Assembly: GCA_951406725.2 (NCBI GenBank)
Contig: OX597833.1
Span: forward strand, 47,182,001-47,246,000
Direction of reading: 5' to 3'
Source: Octopus vulgaris
Lineage: Eukaryota
DNA length: 64,000 bases
The notes below the pieces were generated by a model. It saw only the letters and a list, made by a program, of their open reading frames with translations. It had not been told where the DNA came from and searched no databases. Positions 40,883 to 53,135 of this stretch are shown one piece after another (positions within the stretch are counted from its first letter, which is position 1; the number at the start of each line of letters is the position of its first letter). The position numbers were made by a program, and so were the translations under genes.

Positions 40883-40897
40883 TATTATTATTATTAT
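40297..40897. mobile_element. CR1 composite: internal ORF2 piece (minus) fused to 3' UTR/tail (plus)
   Basis: KVFWKYVRSK...VGPLRNP...ITDNPKECAEIL...IFTVED on minus 40297-40690; family 3' UTR + (ATT)n on plus from ~40692. Confidence 0.75.
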
Positions 40898-41481
40898 CAG
40901 AGCTCATAACAATTTTTTTTTGCATTTTGTACTTTTATTAGCATTCACATAATGAATTTAATTAGTTCCTCCAATAGATCGGCATCTCAAACAAGAACCA
41001 CTACTTGTATTATGAGCTGTCAGTAACCAAGTCAGACTAATAAGTTCTTACCTTTTGTACTTAAATAAACAGAAATTATAAATATTGATATATAGCTAGT
41101 TCCTTATACAGTGAATGATCATTTGAAAGTCTTCTTACATTTTATTATTATTATTTTAAGTTTTTCTCAGTTAACTCCCTTTAGGCTGTAACTACATTTT
41201 GAATTGGTGCATTTAACTTAGGCTTGTATTAGATAAAGATAAACTATTTATTAGTGTTACTAAATTTTGTACTACAACTTTCACATTCCATGACTACCAT
41301 TGGGATTGACCTGGCACTGGACAAAGATTCTGGATTATTTTTCCTGTTTTTCTACTTAATTTTTGAGAGCAGTCGAGTTTATTTCAGATATTCGCATTTT
41401 AAAAATCATCTCTAGCTAATTGTTGAGAGGATGTTGGTGTTGCCTTAGCGGAGGTTTTTGCTCTCTGAGTGCTCTACTTTC

Positions 41482-41918
41482 CTTTTTGGCCAAGGTCTCA
41501 TCAACTTTTTCAAGTTTCACTTGAAAAGGAAGATGAGAGCAGAGAGGGAAGTGATGTCTGGTAGCAAATTTAATGAAAGGTGGGCGAATGTCGCAAGAAT
41601 GGCCAGTATGAACGGACCAATTCTGAGGATACACCTGTGAAAATTAAAAGAAAATATAAAAGGAGAAAGGGGCTCTCTACCTCCCCCCCCCCCTTTTGAC
41701 CAGGCTCCTGTGGCTTTTATGGGTTTTTCCACGAGTAACCTTTCGAAGTACCTCCCCCTATTGGGAGTTTTAATTGTTACTTATATTTCGTTGTTATCCT
41801 GCTTTTGTACACGGACTTTTTCAAATGGACAAAACCCTTTGTAACTTTTATCCTGTGTTTTGTCCCTTTATGTTTTAATTGATTTTTGTTAGCCCTTGTG
41901 GCCAATAAACGAACGAAT
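41482..41918 (+). mobile_element. LINE 3' end (possibly L1/Tx1-like)
   Basis: GLINFFKFHLKRKMRAERE...FNERWANVARM...L*, then a UTR ending agcccttgtggccaataaacgaa. Confidence 0.5.
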
Positions 41919-42007
41919 TATTATTATCATTATTTCTATTATTCTATATATTTTTTCTTTCTCACGTTACTTAAATTTCTCTGTTTTCCATTTCTCCATT
42001 GTTTCAG

Positions 42008-42075
42008 CTCCACCCCAAAGGTCAGAACTGTTTTCATGTGCATTTTGCGGGCTGGGTTTTAACCTTGAGGAAATG
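42008..42075 (+). CDS. Exon with first half of zinc finger (PPPQRSELFSCAFCGLGFNLEEM)
   Basis: Long polypyrimidine tract + tttcag|, donor ATG|gtgagt, 68 bp, phase 1 to 0. Confidence 0.85.
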
Positions 42076-42339
42076 GTGAGTACATCTATCAGCCTCCTTG
42101 TCATCATAATCACCATTTTACTTATTTCAGTTATTGGACCATGGACCATGGCCCATGCTGGGGTTCCACCTTGAAAGATTTAATCAAATGAATTGACACT
42201 CGTACTTATCTTTAAAGTCTGGTACTTATTCTATCAGTCTCTTTTGCTGAACTGCTAAATTACAGGGATGTAAACAAACCAACACCAGCTGTCAAGCAGT
42301 GGCAGACAACAAACACCTACATACACTCCTCCTACACCT

Positions 42340-42378
<39 letters not shown>

Positions 42379-43639
42379 ACAGGCTTCCACACAGTTTTTT
42401 GCCTACTAAATTCACTCACAAGGATTGGTCAGCCCAGGACTATAGCAGGAGACATTTGCCAAGGGTATTGCACAGTGGGACTGAACCTGAAGCCAGGTGG
42501 TTCCAAACCATACAGCCATCTCTACACAACTACACAGCCATGGCTCTCTCTACTCTTTTACTTGTTTCAGCCATGCTGGAGCACCGCCTTTAGTCGAGCA
42601 AATCGACCCCAGGGCTTACTCTTTGTAAGCCTAGTACTTATTCTATCGGTCTCTTTTGCTGAACCACTAAGTTACGAGGACGTAAGCACACCAGCATCGG
42701 TTGTCAAGCGATGTTGGTGGGGAGGGACAAACACAGACACACAAATGCACACACACACATACATATATACATATACATATATACATATATTATACATATA
42801 CATATATATATATTTCAGTTTCTGTCTACCAAATCCACTCACAAGGCTTTGGTTGACCCGAGGCTATAGTAGAAGACACTTGCCCAAGATGCAATTCAAT
42901 GGGACTGAACCCGGAACCATGTGGTTGGTAAGCAAGCTACTTACCACACAGCCACTCCTGCGCCTATGTTTAAATGTGTCATTCAAGAAGGTCTTCAGTT
43001 TGAACAATTTTCATGATGTTTCATATTTAGATGCTTTTATTAAATTCATTCAATTGTTAAACATAAATAAATCATGGATTTGATTTACTGTCATGTGATG
43101 TTTTACCAACCCTGTATATATATATATATATATATAAATTAGAAAAAAAATCACCTTTTATCAATTCAAATTGATAGAATAAGTACTAGGCTTACAAAGA
43201 AATTAAATTACACCATCTAGAAAATTACATATAATAGAAATATAAAAAATAAAATAACAATAATATACCGATGATTAAGTAAATTGCAAAATAATTATGT
43301 AATTTAATAAATATGTAATTTAATTGTTCATTTTGAATTGATAAAAGGTGTTTTTTTCTAATTTTTATATATATATTGTATTTTGTGAAATTTGATTTAG
43401 TATTTCTAAATTGAATTTTTCCTGTAAGTTAGGAATAATATTCCATCAAATTATCATTATATATATATATATATATACAGAGAGAGATACAGACAGACAA
43501 TGTAATATTTTAATCAAGCCCAAACGCCCACTCAAAGCTTTAATTATCTTAGAACTTCACCAAGTCTAAATCCAGTTCTGGTTTCTGTTTATATTTATCT
43601 CAAGATAATAAAAAAATAAATGTCTTGTGCATCTTACAG

Positions 43640-43778
43640 AGAATTCACGAACGGAGATGTATGAAAACCAGATCTCACAGGAAGTCCTCTGATCCCTTTA
43701 GAAAAGCCTTCACAGCTGAACCTTATACTGAAGATAGAAAAACTAACCTCTTTTTCAAATCTTCTTCAAATGAATCAG
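43640..43778 (+). CDS. Exon completing zinc finger (RIHERRCMKTRSHRK...SSSNES)
   Basis: cttacag| acceptor, CAG|gtaagt donor, 139 bp, only frame 0 is open, phase 0 to 1. Joined to the previous exon it gives CAFC-x11-H-ERR-C. Confidence 0.85.
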
Positions 43779-44371
43779 GTAAGTTTCTTTTATGTGTTGT
43801 ATTTGTTGTTGTTAATCCCTGTGCCCCTTATAAATCAAAATATGCAAGGTTGGATAAAATACCTTGTGGTACTTGGTTTCATCCATTTATGTTCTAAGGT
43901 CAAATCCCTGAGAATTTTACATGCATACATACATATGTAAATCATCATCATCATTTGTTTCCATGGTGACATGGATTAGAGAGCTTGACCAGAGCTGGCC
44001 AGCCCGAGAGCTGCACCAGTTTCAAGTTGTCTGTTTTGGCTTGGTTTCTATGGCTGGATGCCCTTCCTAATGCCAACCAGAGTGCACTGAGCATTTCTTA
44101 TGTGACACCAGCTCAAGTGCTCTATATGTGGCACAGGCACAGGAGCTGTATACATGGAACTTGCATGTGTGCATTATACATGGCACTGGTATGGGTGCTT
44201 TTTACATTGCACCAACATTGGTGCTCTTTTATGTAACACCGGCACAAGTGCTTTTTATGTGGAACTGACACGTTTCGTTTTTGGATTTGGTTTGCAAGAT
44301 TCTTTATATGAGTTCATGTGTTGAAGCATATTCTGTTGTGTCTGGGGAGAGTCCTTTTCTTTTTGTCAAGA

Positions 44372-44408
44372 CTATTGAAAAGGTTGCAAGACGCAACGAA
44401 AAGTTTAG
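44372..44408 (+). ncRNA. Minimal hammerhead-like motif, U3-A8 variant
   Basis: cta-TTGAAAA-g-gttgc(aagac)gcaac-GAAA-ag-T-T-tag, between inverted repeats tgttgtgtctggggagagtc / gactctccccagatgcaaca. Confidence 0.5.
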
Positions 44409-46875
44409 GAAAATAAAAATAAGAAATAAGTGGAAATTTTACCGGTGAGTGTGTTACATTATAAGGCACAAAAAGAAAATGACTCTCCCCAGATGCAACA
44501 GGACATGACGCATGTTTATTGTAACCTATAATCATGAATGATGCATAATGAGCAAAAGAGTACAATCTTTGGTAAAAGTAGCCAAAAAGGGGTTCCACCA
44601 AAGGGTCTCTGCAGTAACTTTAATCAACAGGATGTGTAGCTCAGAGATCCTGGAAACACTCCGGGTCAAGCCACTATTTCTCCACATTGAGAGATCACAG
44701 CTCTGATATTACAGATATGTGATTAGAATGCCACAGAAGGTAGTGAGCTTATAGAATTATCAGCATACCAGACAAGATGCCCAGCAGTATTTCTTGTGAC
44801 TTTATGTTTCTGAGATCAAAAGATCAAATTCTGCTGAAGTTTCACCTTTTCAAGGTTGATAAAATAAGTACCAGTTGAGCAACTTAACCCCTACCCACAA
44901 AAATTTCAGGCCTTATGCCTATAAAAGAAGGGATCATCATCATCATCATCATCATCGTCGTCGTCGTCATCGTTATCATCACCATCACCACCATCACCAC
45001 CACCACCACCACCACCACCACCACCAGTAGTAGTAGTAGTAGTAGTAAGGCAGTTGGGCGGCAGTAAAAGTTTATTGCGAGAAATGTTGTCGTAACTGTT
45101 AAAGGTCAGAATATATAATTTCTGGTATTAGTTCACCGACAGAAATCAAACCATTTGCCAAGCATCACCAGTTACATTATAAAGTGCTGGCTACACCCTC
45201 TCCACAAAGTATGTACTATAATCTTTTTCTGCCATTTTAACTGAACTGTGGTAACTCCACAAGATAATTCATCAGTCACTTATAACAAGCAAGATAGATT
45301 ATTTTACAATTGACACTGGAAAATTTTGAGAAGGTGCCTTCTGTATGAAGAACATATTCTTTAAATATTGGTTACTAAGGTAGTGGACTGAAAATAATTT
45401 TTTAAATTAATTGGAATTGTAATCTGAATGAGTTAAGAAAATCAGTCATTAGTGTTGACGAAAATTATTTTCAGGTAGCTCAAGGGAGAGAACCTCTGAA
45501 ATTTCAATTAGCCAAAAGTTCCACCTACCAAATTCACTCACAAGACATTGGTTGCCCCAACGCTGCATTAGAAGACTTCTCCAAGATGCTGCTGCAATGG
45601 GACTGAACCTGAAACCACAGAGTTGCAAAGCAAGCTTCTGAAGACATATATATATATAATTTAAGAAACACTATATATGTTTTTTATGTGCTACTATTAG
45701 TTTCATACGCTGAGAACATGCCAAACTTTGTTTTATAACATGTCTGGTGTCCCAGCACAATCATCAGACACTATCCACACTTCATAGTTTCCTGTACATA
45801 CAGTTGTTGTCTATCCCAAAACTGGAGGATCAAACCAGAAATTACTGCATGACACATTGTCTTCTACTACAGTTTGTTTATGTGATTGCATAACAAACTT
45901 TTTAATCACTCAAGAATATTTGTGCCTTTGTTTTTTTTTCTTAAAAAAAATTCTAACTTATTTCTGTCCCTTTTCTTATACTCTAACCTTTCATCTGGCA
46001 TTAAGTCACCTTCTTCAATACTACTCACCCACTCAACTGAAATGTGTATGTGTGTGTGTGCATGTGCAGGTGCCGCATAAAAAGCACTCAGTACACTCTG
46101 TAAAGAGGTTGGTGTTAGAAAGGGCATACAGCCATAGAAACCATTTCAAAGCAGACAGCAGAGTTTGGTTCTGTCTTCTTACTTGCCAGCTCCTGTTGAA
46201 CAATCTAACCCATGGAAAATGGGCATTAAATGATGGTGGTGGTGGTGGCGGTGGTGGTAGTGGTGGTGGCTGCTGCTGCTGTTGTTGTTGTTGATGTTGA
46301 GCGGTTTGAAACGTGGTCCTTTGCTATTCGTAAGACCCGCAGAAGAGAAAGCAGGTCAACCCCCAGCACCGAGAGCATTAACAGATGGATGAATGCGCAT
46401 CCAGGCTCAGCGGTTGCGTAGGAAGTTGGGGACAAGAAACAGGAAGAAAGAGTGAGAGAAAGTTGGAGCGAAAGAGTACAACAGGGGTCGCCACAACCCC
46501 CTTCCGGAGCCTCATGGAGCTTTAGGTGTTTTCATTCAATAAACACACACAACACCCGGTCTGGGAATCGAAACCACAATCCTCCAACCGCGAGTCCGCT
46601 GCCCTAACCATTGGGCCATTGCACCTCCACTGCTGCTGAGTGAGATAAAATACTAGGGATTGAAATGAGAGATTTTCAGCAAGGAACTCGGATTGAAACT
46701 CCATATATAATGTTCTGAAATTGTATGTTTAGAATCACAAGGCCATACTGACACCTTTCTTGAAGTTTATACTAAAAGTCAAATACTATTCCCATTTCAA
46801 GCATAACAGGTTTAAGTGCTGAATTAATGGTTAAGATGGAAGGTATTTGGCAGAGATCTTGAGAGTGTGTGTATC

Positions 46876-46912
<37 letters not shown>

Positions 46913-47390
46913 GTGTGTTGTGTATATGTTGTATGTAGTGTATTGTGTGTACACCTGCATGTAAAATGTTTGTGCTTGAGTGTATGTAATTAATATGTGT
47001 ATATGTGTGTGTATGGTTGTGTGTGTGTGTGTGTGTGTGTGTTATGTGCTGGTTATGGTGGTTGGAATGATCAGTCATGACCCCCACCACCACCACCATC
47101 GCCACCACACATTCTGTTTATTTATTTATTTATTCATATTTATTGGAATTTGGTTGCATTTTAGATTAAGTGGGGTGGAGGGAAGGGGGGACAAAGAAAG
47201 ACAGAGGAGCAAGAGAGGGAGAAAAGTGCAAAAAGAAAGATAGAAGCAAGAGAGAAAGAGAGAGAGAGAGAGAAGAGCAAAAAAGAGAGATAGGGGCAAG
47301 AGGGAGAGAGGGGTGCAAGGGAGGCAGAGAGAGGAACCAGAGAGATTAGCAAGTAAGAGGAACCAGATTAACACGAGAGTGATTGAGAAG

Positions 47391-47429
<39 letters not shown>

Positions 47430-47736
47430 CAGATAGGGAGAGAGACAATAAGAAATAGTCAGAGAGACAACAAGAGAGAGAGAGAGATTGATATAGAGAA
47501 AAAGAGAATGTGAAGAGACAATGTAAGATTACACATTCAAAGACAAAGAAGAAAATACCGCTTTCAATGAAATACAATACCTGAAACATACCCTAACCTA
47601 TTTCTAAAACGAGGAAATAATAAAACAAAAATAAAACAGGTTCCTTTTCTAACCTGTTAAGTGACACCAACAGAAACAAAACAAGGGAACAGAATTTCTG
47701 GGTAAATGAGGAATCTGATAAATCTAACAGCTTTAA

Positions 47737-48305
47737 CCCTTCATTACTGTATTTATTTTGAGATGCTCTGTGTTTCTTTCAATTATTTTAAATATAACAA
47801 AGAATTTAGTAAATTAACTTTGTTATCATTAAGCTAGTGTTAGTAACATAAATTTTAACTAAGATTTGGTGGAAGATTTTAATTCAGAACTTATGAAAAC
47901 AAGCTGACTTGGCAGACACCCATAAAATTATTAACCATCTTACAAACAATAACTCTGAGCACCTTTTCAAATTCCACCTGTCTAACATCCATGGACATGT
48001 TTACAAAGTCAGAAAACAACATAGCTCCCATGACTTTCGGAAACAATTTTTCACGCTAAGAGTTGCTGAAGTATGGAACAAACTGCCGGCATCAGTTGTT
48101 AGTTGTCGGAGCACTGTATCCTTCAAAACTTCCATGCTTCCTGAGATTCGCCAACACTACACCTGATTTTTCTCCACTCCATACACACGCAAGCATGTAT
48201 CTGACTCATACACTGTTCACTTACCAGACATTTGTACATCACTGCATATACTTTATACGCACTTTTGACAAGTTGTGGTGCACCTGAGCACTGCATACAA
48301 TAATT

Positions 48306-48346
<41 letters not shown>

Positions 48347-48401
48347 AGACATTTATGCTAAAAAGCTAGAGCCAGTTTCAGCCGGGTTGTTAACGAAAGG
48401 G
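47737..48401. mobile_element. piggyBac-like MITE interrupted by CR1
   Basis: ttaa|cccttcatta ... taacgaaaggg|tcaa; CR1 3' end inserted at 47903-48345. Confidence 0.6.
47903..48345 (+). mobile_element. CR1-clade LINE 3' end
   Basis: HGHVYKVRKQHSSHDFRKQFFTLRVAEVWNKLP + (ATT)n. Confidence 0.88.
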
Positions 48402-49393
48402 TCAATTTCCCTCAACAGATTCTTTATTGCCCTTAATTCTTTCCTGACCATACACTGTGTGTGTGTGTTGAGCCACACCTATCTCTCTCTTCTTACCCCC
48501 TGTCCATACTGATATTTCTCCATAGGCACAGGAGTGGCTGAGGTGGTAAGGAGCTTGCTTCCCAACCTCATGGTTCCAGGTTCAGTCTCACTGCATGGCA
48601 CCTTGGGCAAGTATCACCTACTATAGCTTCTGGCTGATCAAAACCTTGAGAGATGGATTTGGTAGACGGAAACTGAAAGAAGTTCCTCGCGTGCACACAC
48701 GTGCGCGCGTGTGTGTGTGTATGTATGTGTGTATACATGTGTCTTTGTGTCTGTGTTTGTCCCCCACCACCACTTGACTACCAGTGTCGGTGTGTTTACA
48801 TTCCTGTAACTTAACGGTTCAGCAAAAGAGTGTGGCAATAAATTCCAGACTTATAAAAAGAAAAAAGGGACTGGAGTTGATTTGTTCAACTAGAATTCTT
48901 CAAGGAATTCAGTCAAGTGACTGAAGCACGTAAGATCTGTATATATATAAAGCAGGATGTGTGTGCATGTGTACGTGATTGTAGTTTATACACATCCACA
49001 AATTAGCATGCATGTTACTCAAATTTTAGGAGGACATTCATCACGACCCTAGCTGTATTTTCGTCAAATTATTTTCCCCCAAGGCACCTGCGAATAGCAG
49101 TAAATAATTTTGAGCCATAACTCCAGTTTTCACGCCATTATTATTTACAAAACATGAGCTAAGTCCCATTCTAACGACGGTGTAAAGGGAGGGAGGGAGC
49201 GAGAGAGAGAGAGAGAGATAACAGATTTTTAAAATTTCTTTTTAGTGATTGACAAAAACAGACAGACAGGTGTTGTGATGTATGTATGTATGTGTGAATG
49301 GTTTCAGTCACACACATACAAACACACTCACGCGAGTATTTATGCGTACAAACCAGATGCATGCAATGCGTGTGTTGACTGTATATATATATA

Positions 49394-49781
49394 TCTATAT
49401 ATAAAGCTGAAGTTGTCTGTATGGCAGGTTTGGTAGCCTTCAACTAACACTATCTCCTCCGAGACCTTGCGGCACAAGTTGACCAAAATTGAGAGTATGA
49501 TAGAAGAAGGCTTGCTCTTCCTTCCATAGAAGGAAAGATTCAAATTGGACCATGTTAACACCAAAAATTATTTACATCAAAAAGGTGCTTTTTTTTCTAT
49601 GAAAATCCCTATTTTTTTACGATTTTTTTACTGCTGTATCGCCATTTTTTGGTGTATTTCAACCAAAAAAATGTTCACTTAAAGAGAATAACAAGCTACA
49701 TAATGCAAAATTTTTACTTTTCAAAATTTCCAATTCTAAAGGGTCGAAACAAACCCGAGTAACAATGGGCGATACTGCTAG
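49394..49781 (+). mobile_element. Non-autonomous Helitron, same ends as the array but different interior
   Basis: a|TCtatatataaagctgaagttgt ... aaacccgagtaacaatgggcgatactgCTAG|t. Confidence 0.8.
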
Positions 49782-52632
49782 TATGAAATAAAAGACCCAC
49801 TCCTTTTTGTCACTCACTATATTCACCTCTACCCTCATAACCAACTATCTGTTATTTTACTCTCTTATAACTACTTCCCCCTCTTGTCTCATGAAGGTTT
49901 TGTTATATATATAATGAACTTATTGTATACACTGCTCAGGTGCAGTACAACTCATCTGAAAAAGTAGCTAAAACTGCATGGATAGTACATAGAATAATGC
50001 ACAGGAAGTGAACAGTGTATAAGTCTATAAAAAGAAAAAGAAACGGAGGAGGGGGGGCATCAAGTATACTGTTGACAAATTTCAGTGGATAATTTTTGTG
50101 GATGTCTACCCATTGCTACCATCTTAACTTTTTCCCTGATAGTTCCACCCACTCTTATATAAATGTAGGGTGGTTGTATATCTCCTCCCTAGCAAGACAC
50201 CTCTGCTTTTCCCTCAGTCTCCTCCCTACCCTCTCAAATATTCTCTTCCCCACTTAATCAAGAGGGCTTCCACTTTCCCCTTCTTTTCCCTTTTTCTTTT
50301 TCTTTCCTGCCTTGGCAGTTACTTGGCAACCCCACCAGTGCTGGTGGCATGGAAAAATAGCACCCAGTAGATGTTGTAAAGTGGTTGACATTAGGAAGGA
50401 CTTCAAGCCACAGAAACCATGCCAAATCTGATATGTAGCATGATGCAACCTTGTGCTCACTGGATCTTGTCAAATTGTCCTAACCATACCAGCATGAAAA
50501 ACAGATGTTAAATGATGAGGATAATGTGTAGATGTGTGTGTGTGTGTGTGTGTGTGTCTATGTATATACTCTTTTACTTGTTTCAGTCATTTGACTGCGG
50601 TCATGCTGGAGCACTGCTTTTAGTTGACCAAATTGACTCTGGGATTTATTCTTTGTAAGCCCAGTACTTATTCTATCGGTCGCTTTTTGCCAAACCGCTA
50701 AGTTACAGGGACATAAACACACCAGCATCGGTTGTCAAGCAATGCTAGGGGCACAAACACAGACACACAAACATACACACACACACATATATATGACGGG
50801 CTTCTTTGTGTTTCCGTCTACCAAATCCACTCACAAGGCTTTGGTCAGCTTGAGGCTATAGAAGTAGATATTTTCCCAAGGTGCCACGCAGTGGGACTGA
50901 ACCCAGAACCATGTGGTTGGTAAGCAAGCTACTTACCACACAGCCACTCCTGCGCCTATATATATATATATATATATATATATAAGAAGAGAGAAAGAGA
51001 GAGAGAGTAACTATGGTCTGTATCCAATACAAAGTATTGTAATTATATTAAAAGGTAATCTTTGTATCTCCCTTAGAGCATATGGTGACCAGTGCTTCCC
51101 ACTGATGAAGTCCAGTAGACTGAAATCACAGGATAGAAGAATTCCAGTACTCATGGCGGATGATTCTCATCTGCTATGATCTATGTGTGTGCTTTTATGC
51201 ACCATACGCTTATACAAGAGGATCTCTCAAGGCTAATAACGTAGTATTTGATGCTCTGACAAGTCATTCATGTTAAGTTGGATATAAAGATTACATTTTG
51301 GTATTAGTACTGCTTCTGTCACTAATAATTAATTTGTAATTATATTTGATACTGTTCCGAGCATGAATATTTTGATGCTCAAACTTTTACCAGGTGACAT
51401 ATAGTATGTAATACTATAGTTTAGACATATATCACCATCTCATTTTGATGACTAGACAGCATCTGTATTATGGTGATGCAAGGGAGATAACTGATGGTTA
51501 GTTTGTTGGGATTCTCACATTAAGTGATATTTATTAGTGTTGTACTGTTTTTATAAATGCTATTAGCATTATAGAAATAGGGAGGTGTTCTTATAAAGTG
51601 TATGAACCAGTTATGCAAGGATGAAGTTGTATCTTCTGTAAAATCTGCTGTTCCACCAATGGAATATGTACTTACTAAAAGGCTTTCCCGTTTAAAAGGT
51701 AGTTTGTGAGTAAGCTTATATCTAATTTGATGATGATATAGGATGCCAAAATGTTGGCAGATATTTGTGAAAGTGTTGGCATCTGCCATAAAAAGTATAT
51801 TTTGATATTTGTTTGGGGCCGTTGGAATTGTAGATGGAAATTTTAAGCAAAGGTATATTAACCACCCTACTTCTTTCAGAAATAACACCAACAGAATACA
51901 CGGGTGTTATCCAACTATGTTTGGCGGTTAAAGGAATATAGCTTGTGAGTATATTATCAAGTGGAAAATCCAAGTACAAAGTATACCATTTATGAATGCT
52001 ATGAGAAACTGTAAGTTATGCAGAGCAGAAATGAGAATAATATTGAAAGCCATAACTATATACTTAAATATTCACTCAGGATATTTTGGCAGATGCCACC
52101 AATTTAGCAAATATTTACCAAAATTCTGACAACATATATCATCAACAGACTGGCTATATAAAGAGAGATTACTCTTTTACTCTTTTACTTGTTTCAGTCA
52201 TTTGACTGTGGCCATGCTGGAGCACCGCCTTTAGTCGAGCAAATCGACCCTGGGACTTATTCTTTGTAAGCCCAGTACTTATTCTATCGGTCTCTTTTGC
52301 CGAACCGCTAAGTGACGGGGACGTAAACACACCAGCATCGGTTGTCAAGCAATGCTAGGGGGACAAACACAGACACAAACACACACATACATATATGTAT
52401 ATATACATATATACGACAGGCTTCTTTCAGTTTCCGTCTATCAAATCCACTCACAAGGCATTGGTCGGCCCGGGGCTATAGCAGAAGACACTTGCCCAAG
52501 GTGCCTCGCAGTGGGACTGAACTCGGAACCATGTGGTTGGTAAGTAAGCTACTTACCACACAGCCAATCCTGAGTATATCTATCTGAAGAAAACCTTTCA
52601 ATAATATTTACTCCTACTGTGGAATTGTAAAC

Positions 52633-52634
<2 letters not shown>

Positions 52635-52681
<47 letters not shown>

Positions 52682-53135
52682 AATTATTGTATACAGTGCT
52701 CAGGTGCTCTACAACTTGTCAAAAGTGCGTATAAAGCATGTGCAGTAATGTACAAATGTCTGGGAAGTGAACAGTGTATGAGTCAGATACATGCTTGTGT
52801 GTGTATGGAGGGGAGAAAATCAGGTGTAGTGTTGGCGAATCTCAGGAAGCATGGAAGTTTTGAAGGATGCAGTGCTCCGACAACTAACAACTGATGCCGG
52901 CAGTTTGTTCCATGCTTCAGCAACTCTTAGCGTGAAAAAATGTTTCCGAAAGTCATGGGAGCTGTGCTGTTTTCTGACTTTGTAAACATGTCCACGGGTG
53001 TTAGACAGGTGGAGTTTGAAAAGGTGCTCAGAGTTATTGTTTGTAAGATGGTTAATAATCTTATGGGTGTCTGCCAGACGTCGGAGTTTCAATGTATCCA
53101 TGCCCAGGGAAGTAAGGTGTTCAGAATATGGCAAA
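52635..53135 (-). mobile_element. CR1-clade LINE 3' end
   Basis: TRGHVYKVRKQHSSHDFRKHFFTLRVAEAWNKLP + (ATT)n. Confidence 0.9.

Larger units (their letters stand above)
39742..41478 (+). mobile_element. Helentron-associated (DINE-1/HINE-like) element, split by insertions
   Basis: 5' ccccgccttagcgaaggtagagg + (gttt)n microsatellite; 3' ccttagcggagg + stem-loop gctctctgagtgc; ~40-bp core block duplicated at 39913 and 41300. Confidence 0.65.

Noticed and set aside
51520-51979. 123-aa and 85-aa minus-strand ORFs in non-microsatellite DNA
   Set aside because: No recognisable motif or strong splice pair; they overlap decayed inverted repeats (about 51750-51800 vs 52081-52130).
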